Shown here piece after piece: positions 20,413-27,925 of a DNA stretch of 64,000 nucleotides. How positions within the stretch are numbered: the stretch's first letter is position 1; every line of letters begins with the position of its first letter. A program made the translations under genes and the position numbers. Where the stretch lies: the NCBI GenBank assembly GCA_964613665.1, contig CAZTIG010000018.1, positions 2,174-66,173 of the forward strand, given 5' to 3'. This stretch comes from an uncultured Chloroflexia bacterium (GTDB lineage Bacteria > Chloroflexota > Chloroflexia > DTKN01). The notes below the pieces were generated by a model. That model had not been told where the DNA came from and did no database searches. It was given only the letters and a program-made list of their open reading frames with translations.

Positions 20413-20724
20413 CTACGCCTCGATGGCCTCGACGAGCAGGCGCGTCTGTTCCTGGCGATGCCCGGTGTGGCGGCGGTAGCGCTTCTTCGACTTGTACTTG
20501 AACACGTCGATCTTGGGCCCGCGCCCGTGGGCCAACACCGTCGCCCGGACCCTGGCCCCCTCGACCAGCGGGGCGCCGAGGCGCAACCCGCCCTCACCCG
20601 AGACCAGCAGGACCTCGCTCAGCTCGATCTGCTGGCCGACCTCGCAGGGCAGGAGATCGACCTCCAGCGTCTGGTTCGGCTCGACCCGGTACTGCTTGCC
20701 CCCTGTTCGGACAATCGCATACAC
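20413..20724 (-). CDS. rplU: 50S ribosomal protein L21
   Basis: [14 protein letters not shown]...[16 protein letters not shown]. Confidence 0.95.
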   Translation of the reverse strand: MYAIVRTGGKQYRVEPNQTLEVDLLPCEVGQQIELSEVLLVSGEGGLRLGAPLVEGARVRATVLAHGRGPKIDVFKYKSKKRYRRHTGHRQEQTRLLVEAIEA

Positions 20725-20768
20725 GATAGAACTCCTTGCAAAATGCCATCCCGTTTTCGCAAGCGGAT

Positions 20769-20797
20769 ATGATAGCAGAAAAGGGGCGGTTTGTCAA
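20769..20797 (-). promoter_or_regulatory. sigma-70 promoter for rplU-rpmA-rpmE
   Basis: Minus strand reads TTGACA-N17-TATCAT. Confidence 0.6.
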
Positions 20798-20817
20798 ATG
20801 CGAGTCGACGGCACGGG

Positions 20818-20846
20818 TTGCGCCCGGCACCCTCCTGTGCTATGAT
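20818..20846 (+). promoter_or_regulatory. sigma-70 promoter for yhhQ
   Basis: TTGCGC-N17-(TGc)TATGAT, leaving a leader of about 96 nt. Confidence 0.6.
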
Positions 20847-20948
20847 GTTCACGAGCCGGTCACCGAAGCACCGCGGCACAACCATCACGGGCCGCGGACG
20901 TTGTTCCACCTGGCTGCGGCGCAGGATCGAGATTGCCTGGGAGATCCG

Positions 20949-21704
20949 ATGGAACAGAGCCGGGCGTTTCGCTACTATGACCTGGTCATGGCCCTCTTTG
21001 TGGCCGTGCTGCTCATCAGCAACGTGGCATCCTCGGCCAAGATGGTCGACTGGGGCGTGTCCCTCTTCGGGCTGCGGCTGGCCTTTGACGCCGGCACGAT
21101 CGTCTTTCCGATCAGCTACGTCTTTGGCGACATCCTCACCGAGGTCTACGGCTATCGCCGCTCCCGCCGCATCATCTGGATCGGCTTTGCCTGCAACGCG
21201 CTGCTGGCCGTGACGCTCATCGTCGTCGGCCTGCTGCCGGCAGAGGCCGAGTGGCGCAGCGGCCTGGAGGTGGTCAACCAGCTCACCGGGGAGCGCGGCG
21301 GGGCCGACCTGGCCTACCGCTACCTCATCACCGACATCGGCAGCGGGGCCTGGCGCATCGTCATCGCCTCGCTGGTGGCCTACTTTGCCGGCGAGTTCTC
21401 CAACTCCTACGTCCTGGCCAAGATGAAGATCTGGAGCAGCGGCCGCTGGCTGTGGATGCGGACGATCGGCTCCACCATCGTCGGCGAGGGCGTCGACACG
21501 GTCCTCTTTGTGCTCATCGCCTTCGCCGGGGTGTGGTCTTGGGAGCTGCTGGCTGCGGTGGCCCTGACGAACTACCTCTTCAAGGTCGGGGTCGAGGCGG
21601 TTATGACCCCGGTCACCTACCGCGTGGTGCGCTTTCTCAAGCGGGCCGAGCAAGAGGACTATTACGACTACGGTACCGATTTCAACCCCTTCCGCACGGG
21701 ATAG
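20949..21704 (+). CDS. yhhQ: queuosine-precursor transporter (YhhQ/DUF165 family)
   Basis: FPISYVFGDILTEVYGY...FAGEFSNSYVLAKMK...RTIGSTIVGEGVDT. The start is at MEQSRAF. Confidence 0.85.
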   Translation: MEQSRAFRYYDLVMALFVAVLLISNVASSAKMVDWGVSLFGLRLAFDAGTIVFPISYVFGDILTEVYGYRRSRRIIWIGFACNALLAVTLIVVGLLPAEAEWRSGLEVVNQLTGERGGADLAYRYLITDIGSGAWRIVIASLVAYFAGEFSNSYVLAKMKIWSSGRWLWMRTIGSTIVGEGVDTVLFVLIAFAGVWSWELLAAVALTNYLFKVGVEAVMTPVTYRVVRFLKRAEQEDYYDYGTDFNPFRTG

Positions 21705-21767
21705 CGCAAGGCCGGGACTGCCTCCTCACCCCGGCCCGGGGCCCCGGCCGCAGCAAGCCGCAGCGGA

Positions 21768-22145
21768 CTACTGCGTGCTCATGCGCATCAGCTCCTCCTG
21801 CGACTGCAGGGCCTCCTGGATGTCCTGTGGCGTCACATAGCCCAGGGCGATCCAGATCTCGCCGATGCGGCGGGTGAAGCCCTCGGCCTGCTGCACGGTC
21901 AGGCCGGACTCGAGCTGCGTGCGGGATATCTTGCGTTTCTCCAGCAGGATCTTGCCCAACATCATGTGGAGCTTCTGGCCCGCCGCCTCCCAGAAATCCT
22001 GGCCTGTGCTGAGACAGGCATGGGCCTTGCGCTTGATGGGCCGCGTAGCCCACCGTTTGCGCAGCCTGGGATGGGTGCAGTGCCCCCACCCCTGCTGCTG
22101 GCTGGGCTCAAAGTAGCTACAGTTGGCACAGCGGCGATCGGACAA
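21768..22145 (-). CDS. small protein: Cys/His-rich N-terminus plus a tandem MshEN/T2SSE_N-like motif
   Basis: The N-terminus has CANC...HCTH. The C-terminus has MLGKILLEKRKISRTQLESGLTVQ and RIGEIWIALGYVTPQDIQEALQSQ, which resemble the 24-residue c-di-GMP-binding repeats. Confidence 0.6.
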   Translation of the reverse strand: MSDRRCANCSYFEPSQQQGWGHCTHPRLRKRWATRPIKRKAHACLSTGQDFWEAAGQKLHMMLGKILLEKRKISRTQLESGLTVQQAEGFTRRIGEIWIALGYVTPQDIQEALQSQEELMRMSTQ

Positions 22146-22379
22146 CTCTCCTCCTTTCCAGAGAGCCCCACACCCCGCGCTGCAGAGCTAGCGGCCTGCG
22201 CACCTCCTGACGCACCGTTTCCGTTCCGGCTCCGGCACGCGCGCCGATTGGCGAAAACCCGCCGGCCCGTTCACCCCGTCCAGCGGCCAGACCATCCGTG
22301 CATCCGTTCCGCTTGTCCACACCGTGCTGGCCGGCTTTTCTTGCCAAAGCTCGGGCGCGAGAGAAATCCGTGTGACGGC

Positions 22380-23015
22380 CTACATCGTCACCCGGCGGTA
22401 CCCCTCGCGCAGCATCGTGCGCACCGCCCCGACGACCGTCTGCAGGTCCTCCGGGCGGTGGACATAGTCCAGGTTGTCGGTGTTGATCGTGAGCAGCGGT
22501 GCGCGGTCGTACTCGGCAAAGAAGGCTTCGTAGGACTGGCGCAGCTCCTCGATATAGTCGCGCTCGACCGTGCGCTCAAAGGCGCGATCGCGCATGGCGA
22601 TCCGGCCCATCAGCACGTCCAGCTGCGCTCGCAGGTAGACGACCAGGTCGGGCTGGCGGGTCCGGTCAGCCAGGATCTCGTAGAGGCGTTCGTACATGTC
22701 CCACTCAATGCCCTCCAGGTTGATGCGGGCAAAGATGCGGTCCTTCTCCAGCAGATAGTCGCTCACGAGCATGCCCCGCCTGATCGCCTGGGGGACGGCC
22801 ACGTGCTGCTGGCGAAAGCGGCTGAGCAGGAAAAAGATCTGCGTCTGGAAGGCGTAGCGGGCCCTGTCCTCGTAGAAGCGCGGCAGGAAGGGGTTCTCCT
22901 CGACGATCTCCAGGAGCAGCTCGTTTTGGAAGTGGGGCTGGAAGAGGCGCGCCAGGGTGGTCTTGCCGACCCCAATGACCCCTTCGATGACGATGAACGC
23001 GTGGTCTTCAGGCAT
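22380..23015 (-). CDS. deoxynucleoside kinase
   Basis: P-loop GVIGVGKTT, ENPFLPRFYED, FQTQIFFLLSRF, DRAFERTVERDYI. Confidence 0.85.
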   Translation of the reverse strand: MPEDHAFIVIEGVIGVGKTTLARLFQPHFQNELLLEIVEENPFLPRFYEDRARYAFQTQIFFLLSRFRQQHVAVPQAIRRGMLVSDYLLEKDRIFARINLEGIEWDMYERLYEILADRTRQPDLVVYLRAQLDVLMGRIAMRDRAFERTVERDYIEELRQSYEAFFAEYDRAPLLTINTDNLDYVHRPEDLQTVVGAVRTMLREGYRRVTM

Positions 23016-23427
23016 GGTCGCTCACCTCTGCTGTGGGACCGATGGGCGCCGCCGTGCCTTCTGACAGCGCGCGCAGGCGCGCCAGAGCCGCCGGCCGGCC
23101 GGCCAGGGGCACGTACTCCCCCAGGATCGCACGGATCAGTCCCGGCTTCCGGGCAACTCTCTGCACCTCCTCCCATGTGTAGGGAAAGACCTCCACCGGC
23201 ATAGGAACGTCCAGCAGATACTCCGGGATGCGATCGCACCAGCGCTCCAGCCGATGCTCGCGCAGGACCAGGAGCAGGTCGGCATCGCTTCCCGGCAGCG
23301 CCCGGCCCTGCGCCAGAGAGCCGAACAGGACCACTACCTCTACCCGGGGGTCGTCAGCGACCAGCCTCCGAGCCACCCGGCGCAGCTCTCGGATTGCCCG
23401 GGCCTTATCCAGAGAGAAGCGCTGCAC
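23008..23427 (-). CDS. minimal nucleotidyltransferase (MNT) domain protein
   Basis: VVLFGSLAQGRALPGSDADLLLV is the classic GS...DxD NTase motif. The GTG 23427 start is tentative. The gene overlaps HEPN by 23 nt and the kinase gene by 8 nt. Confidence 0.7.
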   Translation of the reverse strand: MQRFSLDKARAIRELRRVARRLVADDPRVEVVVLFGSLAQGRALPGSDADLLLVLREHRLERWCDRIPEYLLDVPMPVEVFPYTWEEVQRVARKPGLIRAILGEYVPLAGRPAALARLRALSEGTAAPIGPTAEVSDHA

Positions 23428-23797
23428 AGAGCCGTATGATCGCTTCTGCACAACCAAAGGCTTCCTCGCTGTCGGTGCCGGTGTAGTAATCGCCCGGCTT
23501 GCCCTGGTCAAAGCCATTGGGATAGCACGTGGGGATGTAGAACCGATCCAGGACGCGCCCGCACTGGCGCAGCGCTTCCGTCACTCCATGTCCCGACGGC
23601 AACGCCTCCAACAGGTACTTGACCGAGTGTCCCCACGTCTCCTGGCCGAGGCGTTGGTGAAGCCCCTTCAGTGCCTTCGCGGCGGCCTGCTGTGCACTGA
23701 AACAGGCCCACTCATGGACCCCCCCTGCCGCGGCATAGCGGGAATGCTCCAGATCTCTTTCGGCTTGGGCGATCCAGTCAGCGGCTCGCTCCGGCAT
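23405..23797 (-). CDS. HEPN domain protein
   Basis: MPERAADWIAQAERDLEHS...QQAAAKALKGL...LDRFYIPTCYPNGF is HEPN-like. The start is at ATG 23797. Confidence 0.8.
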   Translation of the reverse strand: MPERAADWIAQAERDLEHSRYAAAGGVHEWACFSAQQAAAKALKGLHQRLGQETWGHSVKYLLEALPSGHGVTEALRQCGRVLDRFYIPTCYPNGFDQGKPGDYYTGTDSEEAFGCAEAIIRLCAALLSG

Positions 23798-23863
23798 GGC
23801 AGTTCCCCTTGCACCTGGTGCTGTCCCAGGGCCGCTCCAGTGGCAGGCACTGACCCCGATTGG

Positions 23864-23892
23864 AGTATACCACAGCGTAGCAGCCGGGTCAA
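23864..23892 (-). promoter_or_regulatory. sigma-70 promoter for HEPN-MNT-deoxynucleoside kinase
   Basis: Minus strand reads TTGACC-N17-(TGg)TATACT. Confidence 0.55.
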
Positions 23893-23928
23893 GACCCGGC
23901 GCGCGCGAGACCTCGCAATGGCCCGCCC

Positions 23929-24900
23929 TCATGTCCCCAGCACCTGCTGCAGCACGGCGGCGTCGACGTTGCCGCCACTGACGACGATGGCGACCCGCCG
24001 GCCGGCCCCTCCCAACCGCCGCCGCATTGCCGCGGCCAGGCCCACGGCCCCCCCTCCCTCCACCACCAGCCGGTGCTGCCGCATGGCGCCGGCCATGGCC
24101 GCGGCGATCTCTTCCTCGGACACCAGGACGGCATCGTCGACGAGCTCCCGGACCATGCGGAAGGTGAAGCGATTGTTCGCACCGAGCCCGCCGACCAGGG
24201 CGTCGGCCAGGGTGGATTCTTCCTCCAACACCACCGGCCGGCCGGCCTTGAGGCTATGGTACATCACCGGGGCACGCTCCATGGAGACGCCGATGACGCG
24301 GATGGCCCGGTCGGCCGACTTGAGCGCCAGGGCAATCCCCGCGATCAGCCCGCCGCCCGAGAGGGGGACCACCGCCGTGTCGAGCTCCGGCCAGTCCTCC
24401 AGCATCTCCAGGCCGATCGTCCCCTGGCCGGCGATGACCAACGGGTCGTCGAACGGCTCGACCATCGTCAGCCCCTGCTCCCGCTGCAGGCGCGCGGCAT
24501 GCTCCATGGCCTGGTCGTAGCCCCGGCCGTGCACGACCACCTCCGCGCCGAGCTGGCGCATGGCGGCGATCTTGTTGGCGGCAGTCGCCTCCGAGACGCA
24601 GATCACAGCGCGCAGGCCCAGGGCGCGGGCGAGAGACGCCACAGCGCGGCCGTGGTTGCCGGTGGACACGGCGAGCACCCCGCGCGCCCGTTCCTCGGCC
24701 GATAGGCTGAGCACACGGTTGGCGGCACCGCGCAGCTTGAACGAGCCGGTCTCCTGCAGGTTCTCCAGCTTCAGGCGCACGGGCACGCCGAGGGCTTGGC
24801 CGAGCCAGGGTGAGTCCAGCAGCGGCGTCCGCCGGACGAGGCCGGCGATGCGCTGGCGGGCCAGGTAGACGTCCTGCACGGTCGGTAGGGGCTCTGCCAT
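23929..24900 (-). CDS. PLP-dependent threonine/serine dehydratase (no regulatory domain)
   Basis: LKLENLQETGSFKLRGA, STGNHG, GGGLIAG. The start is at MAEPLPT (24900). Confidence 0.85.
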   Translation of the reverse strand: MAEPLPTVQDVYLARQRIAGLVRRTPLLDSPWLGQALGVPVRLKLENLQETGSFKLRGAANRVLSLSAEERARGVLAVSTGNHGRAVASLARALGLRAVICVSEATAANKIAAMRQLGAEVVVHGRGYDQAMEHAARLQREQGLTMVEPFDDPLVIAGQGTIGLEMLEDWPELDTAVVPLSGGGLIAGIALALKSADRAIRVIGVSMERAPVMYHSLKAGRPVVLEEESTLADALVGGLGANNRFTFRMVRELVDDAVLVSEEEIAAAMAGAMRQHRLVVEGGGAVGLAAAMRRRLGGAGRRVAIVVSGGNVDAAVLQQVLGT

Positions 24901-24966
24901 GCCATGCTCCTGCGCGCTTGCGAACGGGCAGCATCGCGCTGCCGCGGCGGCTTGCGGCTGCCGGGC

Positions 24967-24995
24967 ACTATAGCACAGCCGGCCGCACCTGGCAA
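24967..24995 (-). promoter_or_regulatory. sigma-70 promoter for the dehydratase gene
   Basis: Minus strand reads TTGCCA-N17-(TGc)TATAGT. Confidence 0.55.
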
Positions 24996-25208
24996 GCTGG
25001 CACAGCGTGGCACCGACGCGCATCTCCGTGCCGACGCATGCATCCGGAGAGCGCTTCGGGCCGGGGATACGCCGACACGGAGAGAGATGCCCCGGAGGCC
25101 GGACTGGCCTCGGCGAGAGCGCGCAGCAAGGGCGTCTTTGGCCGTACGCAGTGGCTGATCCAACGGTGCCAGGCGTGGTCCGCAATCCGCAACGCCCACG
25201 CACCGAGA

Positions 25209-25237
25209 TTGACCGGGGCAGCGCCCCGTGCTAGAAT
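25209..25237 (+). promoter_or_regulatory. sigma-70 promoter for the PBP-like lipoprotein gene
   Basis: TTGACC-N17-(TGc)TAGAAT. Confidence 0.55.
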
Positions 25238-25267
25238 GGACGGGCAGACCGCTCGGTGGAGAGGGCC

Positions 25268-26059
25268 ATGGCCAGAGAGTGCCGCCACACGATCGCCATT
25301 CTGCTGCTGATCGTTCCGCTCGCGGCGGCGGCGTGCGGAGACCCGGCGACGGCGCCAACGCCTGCCCCTACCGGCACTCCGGCCCTCGAACTGCGCATCG
25401 CCGCCGTGCCTACCGCCCCGGACCGATTGGAGCGCTGGTGCAGCCTCTTCCAGGAGGAGTATCCCGGGGTCGCCCTGGCAGTGCTGCCGGCCAGCGCCGC
25501 GGAGGCGCAGGAGGCGCTGGCCCAGGGGCGGGTGGACCTGGCCTACCTGGATCAGCCGCCCGACCCCTTCTATCGCGGCGTGCTCACGGCCACCCGCGTG
25601 GCCAGCGAGCCGATTGCCCTGCTCGCCCACCCGGATAACCCGTTGGTGGACCTCAGCCTCGTAGCGGCGGTGGAGCTCCTCAGCGGCAGGGCCGAGAACT
25701 GGAGCGGGGTCGGGGGAGAGGACAGCCCCGTGCAGGTCTACCTGCGGCCGGACAGCGCTGGCGAGGTGCGGGCGTTGGCAGAGGCGTGGACCGGCCGGCA
25801 GCCCGACCCCCAGGCGATCGTTCGCGCGTCGGCCGCCTCCCTCCGCGCGGCCCTGGCCCAGGACCGCGGTGGCCTGGGGGTGCTGCCGGCCGGGGACGCG
25901 CCAGGCGATCTCCGCGTGCTGCGCGTGGACGGCTTCCTGCCGGCAGAGCCGGGGTATCCCTGGCACCTGCCGCTCTTCCTAGTCTACGGGCCGGGTTCGC
26001 CCGACCAGGCGCGCCGGTTCGTCCGCCGGGTAGAGCTGGACTATGCCGGGAACGAGTAG
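25268..26059 (+). CDS. periplasmic-binding-protein-like lipoprotein (PstS/PBP-like fold suspected)
   Basis: Lipobox LAAAAC and a Pro/Thr linker. The overall pattern resembles a PBP-like domain, but the function is unclear. ATG 25268 was chosen because GTG 25256 is too close to the promoter. Confidence 0.5.
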   Translation: MARECRHTIAILLLIVPLAAAACGDPATAPTPAPTGTPALELRIAAVPTAPDRLERWCSLFQEEYPGVALAVLPASAAEAQEALAQGRVDLAYLDQPPDPFYRGVLTATRVASEPIALLAHPDNPLVDLSLVAAVELLSGRAENWSGVGGEDSPVQVYLRPDSAGEVRALAEAWTGRQPDPQAIVRASAASLRAALAQDRGGLGVLPAGDAPGDLRVLRVDGFLPAEPGYPWHLPLFLVYGPGSPDQARRFVRRVELDYAGNE

Positions 26060-26119
26060 GGTGTCCCGATCGTCCCCGCCGGGGTGCTTCGCTGCCGGCA
26101 CACGGGGAAGCGAGCAGCG

Positions 26120-26341
26120 CTAGGGCTGTTCGCGCGGGGCGGCGGGCCGCCTGGCCCGGCCCAGCTCGACCCGCGCCCGCCAGATCTGGACCGACCCGCA
26201 GTTGCGGCAGGTCACCCAGATCTCCTCGCTGCGCGAGGGCAGCGTGTAGCGCTCGACCGCGTCGCGAACAACCTGCAGGCCGTCGGCGTCCTGCCAGCCC
26301 AAGATCGCCTTGCACTCCTTGCACAGCCAGGCCTCGGCCAT
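26120..26341 (-). CDS. small zinc-ribbon protein, unknown function
   Basis: MAEAWLCKECKAIL...VTCRNCGSVQIW has two CxxC pairs. ATG 26341 follows GGGGGT. Confidence 0.45.
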   Translation of the reverse strand: MAEAWLCKECKAILGWQDADGLQVVRDAVERYTLPSRSEEIWVTCRNCGSVQIWRARVELGRARRPAAPREQP

Positions 26342-26414
26342 CACGACCCCCGATCCAACCCACCCAGGTGCCCGCGCAGACCGCGCCGGCACGGGCCGCA
26401 TCGATCAAGCGCTG

Positions 26415-27485
26415 CTACGCTTGCACGTACTGCACCCCGCCGACATGCCGCACCAGACCCTTGAGCTCCATCAATGTCAGCGTGGCGGAGACGACGGCGA
26501 TGGGCAGCCCCGCCGCCTGGGCCAGCTCGTCGACGTGCTGCGGCTCCGCCGCCAGCAACCCCAGAAGTGAGGCTTCGACCTCGCTCTCGGGAACGATGCG
26601 GCGGGCCTCCTGCTGCTCGACGGCGCGGTCCAGGTTCAGCTCCTGCAGGATGTCCTCGACGCCACGCACCAGGCGCGCCCCCTGGGCGATCAGGTCGTGA
26701 CAGCCCCGGCTGGCCGGCGAGAAGATCGAACCGGGAACCGCCAGGACATCGCGTCCCTGCTCAGCGGCAAAGTCGCTGGTGATAAGGGCTCCGCTGCGCT
26801 GCCCGGCCTCCACGACGACCACGCCCAGGCTCAGCCCGCTGATGATGCGGTTGCGCGGGGGAAAGTTGCGCGGCTCCGGGGCGGTGCCGGGGGGATAGTC
26901 CGACACCAGGGCGCCCTGGTCGACGATGCGCGCCCCCAGCTCGCGGTTGCGCTGCGGATAGACGCTGTCCACGCCGCTGGCCAGGACGGCAACGGTCCGC
27001 CCGCCGGCCGCCAGGGCCGCCTGGTGGGCCTCGCTGTCGATGCCGATGGCCAGCCCGCTGACCACCGTCACCCCGTTCTGCGCCAGGTCGTGGGCCAGTC
27101 GCCGGGCCGCTTCCCGGCCATACGGCGTCGGGCGGCGCGTCCCCACCAGTGCCACCATGGGCTCGCCCTGGAGGAGCGTCCCGCGCACGTACAGCACCGG
27201 CGGCGGCGCATAGATGTGCCGCAGGCGGTCCGGGTAACCGCGGTCGTCCCACGTGAGCAGGGTGATGCCGAGGGCGTTGATGCGGGCCATCTCCCGCTCG
27301 AGGGAGACGCGTCGGCGCGTATCCAGCAGGCTGCCGATGCAGGCCTCGTCGAGGCCGGCCTGGCGCAGCTCCATCGCCGAGGCCTGCCAGGCCCGCTCCG
27401 GGCTGCGAAAGTGCTCCAGGAGCCGGCGCAGCCGCACCGGCCCGATGCCCGGTGTGAGGTTGAATCCCAGGTAGTAGCGCTGCAT
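26415..27485 (-). CDS. dprA: DNA-processing protein DprA
   Basis: LVGTRRPTPYG, SGLAIGIDSEAH, FPPRNRIISGLS, VVEAGQRSGALITS. The start is at MQRYYLG. Confidence 0.92.
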   Translation of the reverse strand: MQRYYLGFNLTPGIGPVRLRRLLEHFRSPERAWQASAMELRQAGLDEACIGSLLDTRRRVSLEREMARINALGITLLTWDDRGYPDRLRHIYAPPPVLYVRGTLLQGEPMVALVGTRRPTPYGREAARRLAHDLAQNGVTVVSGLAIGIDSEAHQAALAAGGRTVAVLASGVDSVYPQRNRELGARIVDQGALVSDYPPGTAPEPRNFPPRNRIISGLSLGVVVVEAGQRSGALITSDFAAEQGRDVLAVPGSIFSPASRGCHDLIAQGARLVRGVEDILQELNLDRAVEQQEARRIVPESEVEASLLGLLAAEPQHVDELAQAAGLPIAVVSATLTLMELKGLVRHVGGVQYVQA

Positions 27486-27515
27486 GGCCCGGTCCTCAGC
27501 TCGTCGCTGCCCCGC

Positions 27516-27544
27516 ATTATACCATGCCCCCTTCGGGCTGTCCA
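27516..27544 (-). promoter_or_regulatory. sigma-70 promoter for dprA
   Basis: Minus strand reads TGGACA-N17-(TGg)TATAAT. Confidence 0.65.
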
Positions 27545-27545
27545 C

Positions 27546-27574
27546 TGGACAGGGCGCGACACATGTGGTATGAT
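27546..27574 (+). promoter_or_regulatory. sigma-70 promoter for the HTH-mtaB transcript
   Basis: TGGACA-N17-(TGg)TATGAT, back to back with the dprA promoter. The two -35 boxes form the palindrome TGTCCAcTGGACA. Confidence 0.6.
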
Positions 27575-27917
27575 AAAAACAGTTACACTTTTGGCGAACC
27601 GTACGGGGGTTTCTTTGGCCAAGCAGGAAGAAATCGAGCTGAACGCGGCCGAGCAGGAGGCCAAGAACAGACGGGCCCGCCAGATCGTGGAGCGGCTGGA
27701 CCTGACGCCGGCCGAGCTGCAGCGCCTGCTGGAGGTGCTGCGCGTGGCGCTGGACACGCTCGACCCCGAGTACCGCGCCAACGTGGCCGCCGTCGCCCGA
27801 CAGCTCGGCAAGAGCCGGCGCACCATTTACCATTGGGCCGACCGCGTCCTGGCGGCAACGGTGCAGGAGCTGCGCGAGATCCGCGTGGGACGCCCCCTGA
27901 AGAAAGGCCGGACGTGA
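27570..27917 (+). CDS. small helix-turn-helix protein, unknown function (start probably downstream, e.g. TTG 27615)
   Basis: The C-terminal GKSRRTIYHWADRV is HTH-like. ATG 27570 lies inside the -10 box, so the true start is likely later. The stop lies 8 nt before the mtaB ATG. Confidence 0.5.
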   Translation: MIKTVTLLANRTGVSLAKQEEIELNAAEQEAKNRRARQIVERLDLTPAELQRLLEVLRVALDTLDPEYRANVAAVARQLGKSRRTIYHWADRVLAATVQELREIRVGRPLKKGRT

Positions 27918-27925
27918 GCGTGGCC

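Noticed and set aside
20853-20948. A possible preQ1 riboswitch in the 96-nt leader of yhhQ (a queuosine-precursor transporter).
   Set aside because: The preQ1-I hallmark (a short hairpin followed by an A-rich tail ending in ACUA or similar) is absent, and I could not fit the class II or III layouts by eye. The leader does have hairpins (CCGCGG...CCGCGG, GGAUC...GAUCC), so a covariance-model scan would still be worthwhile.
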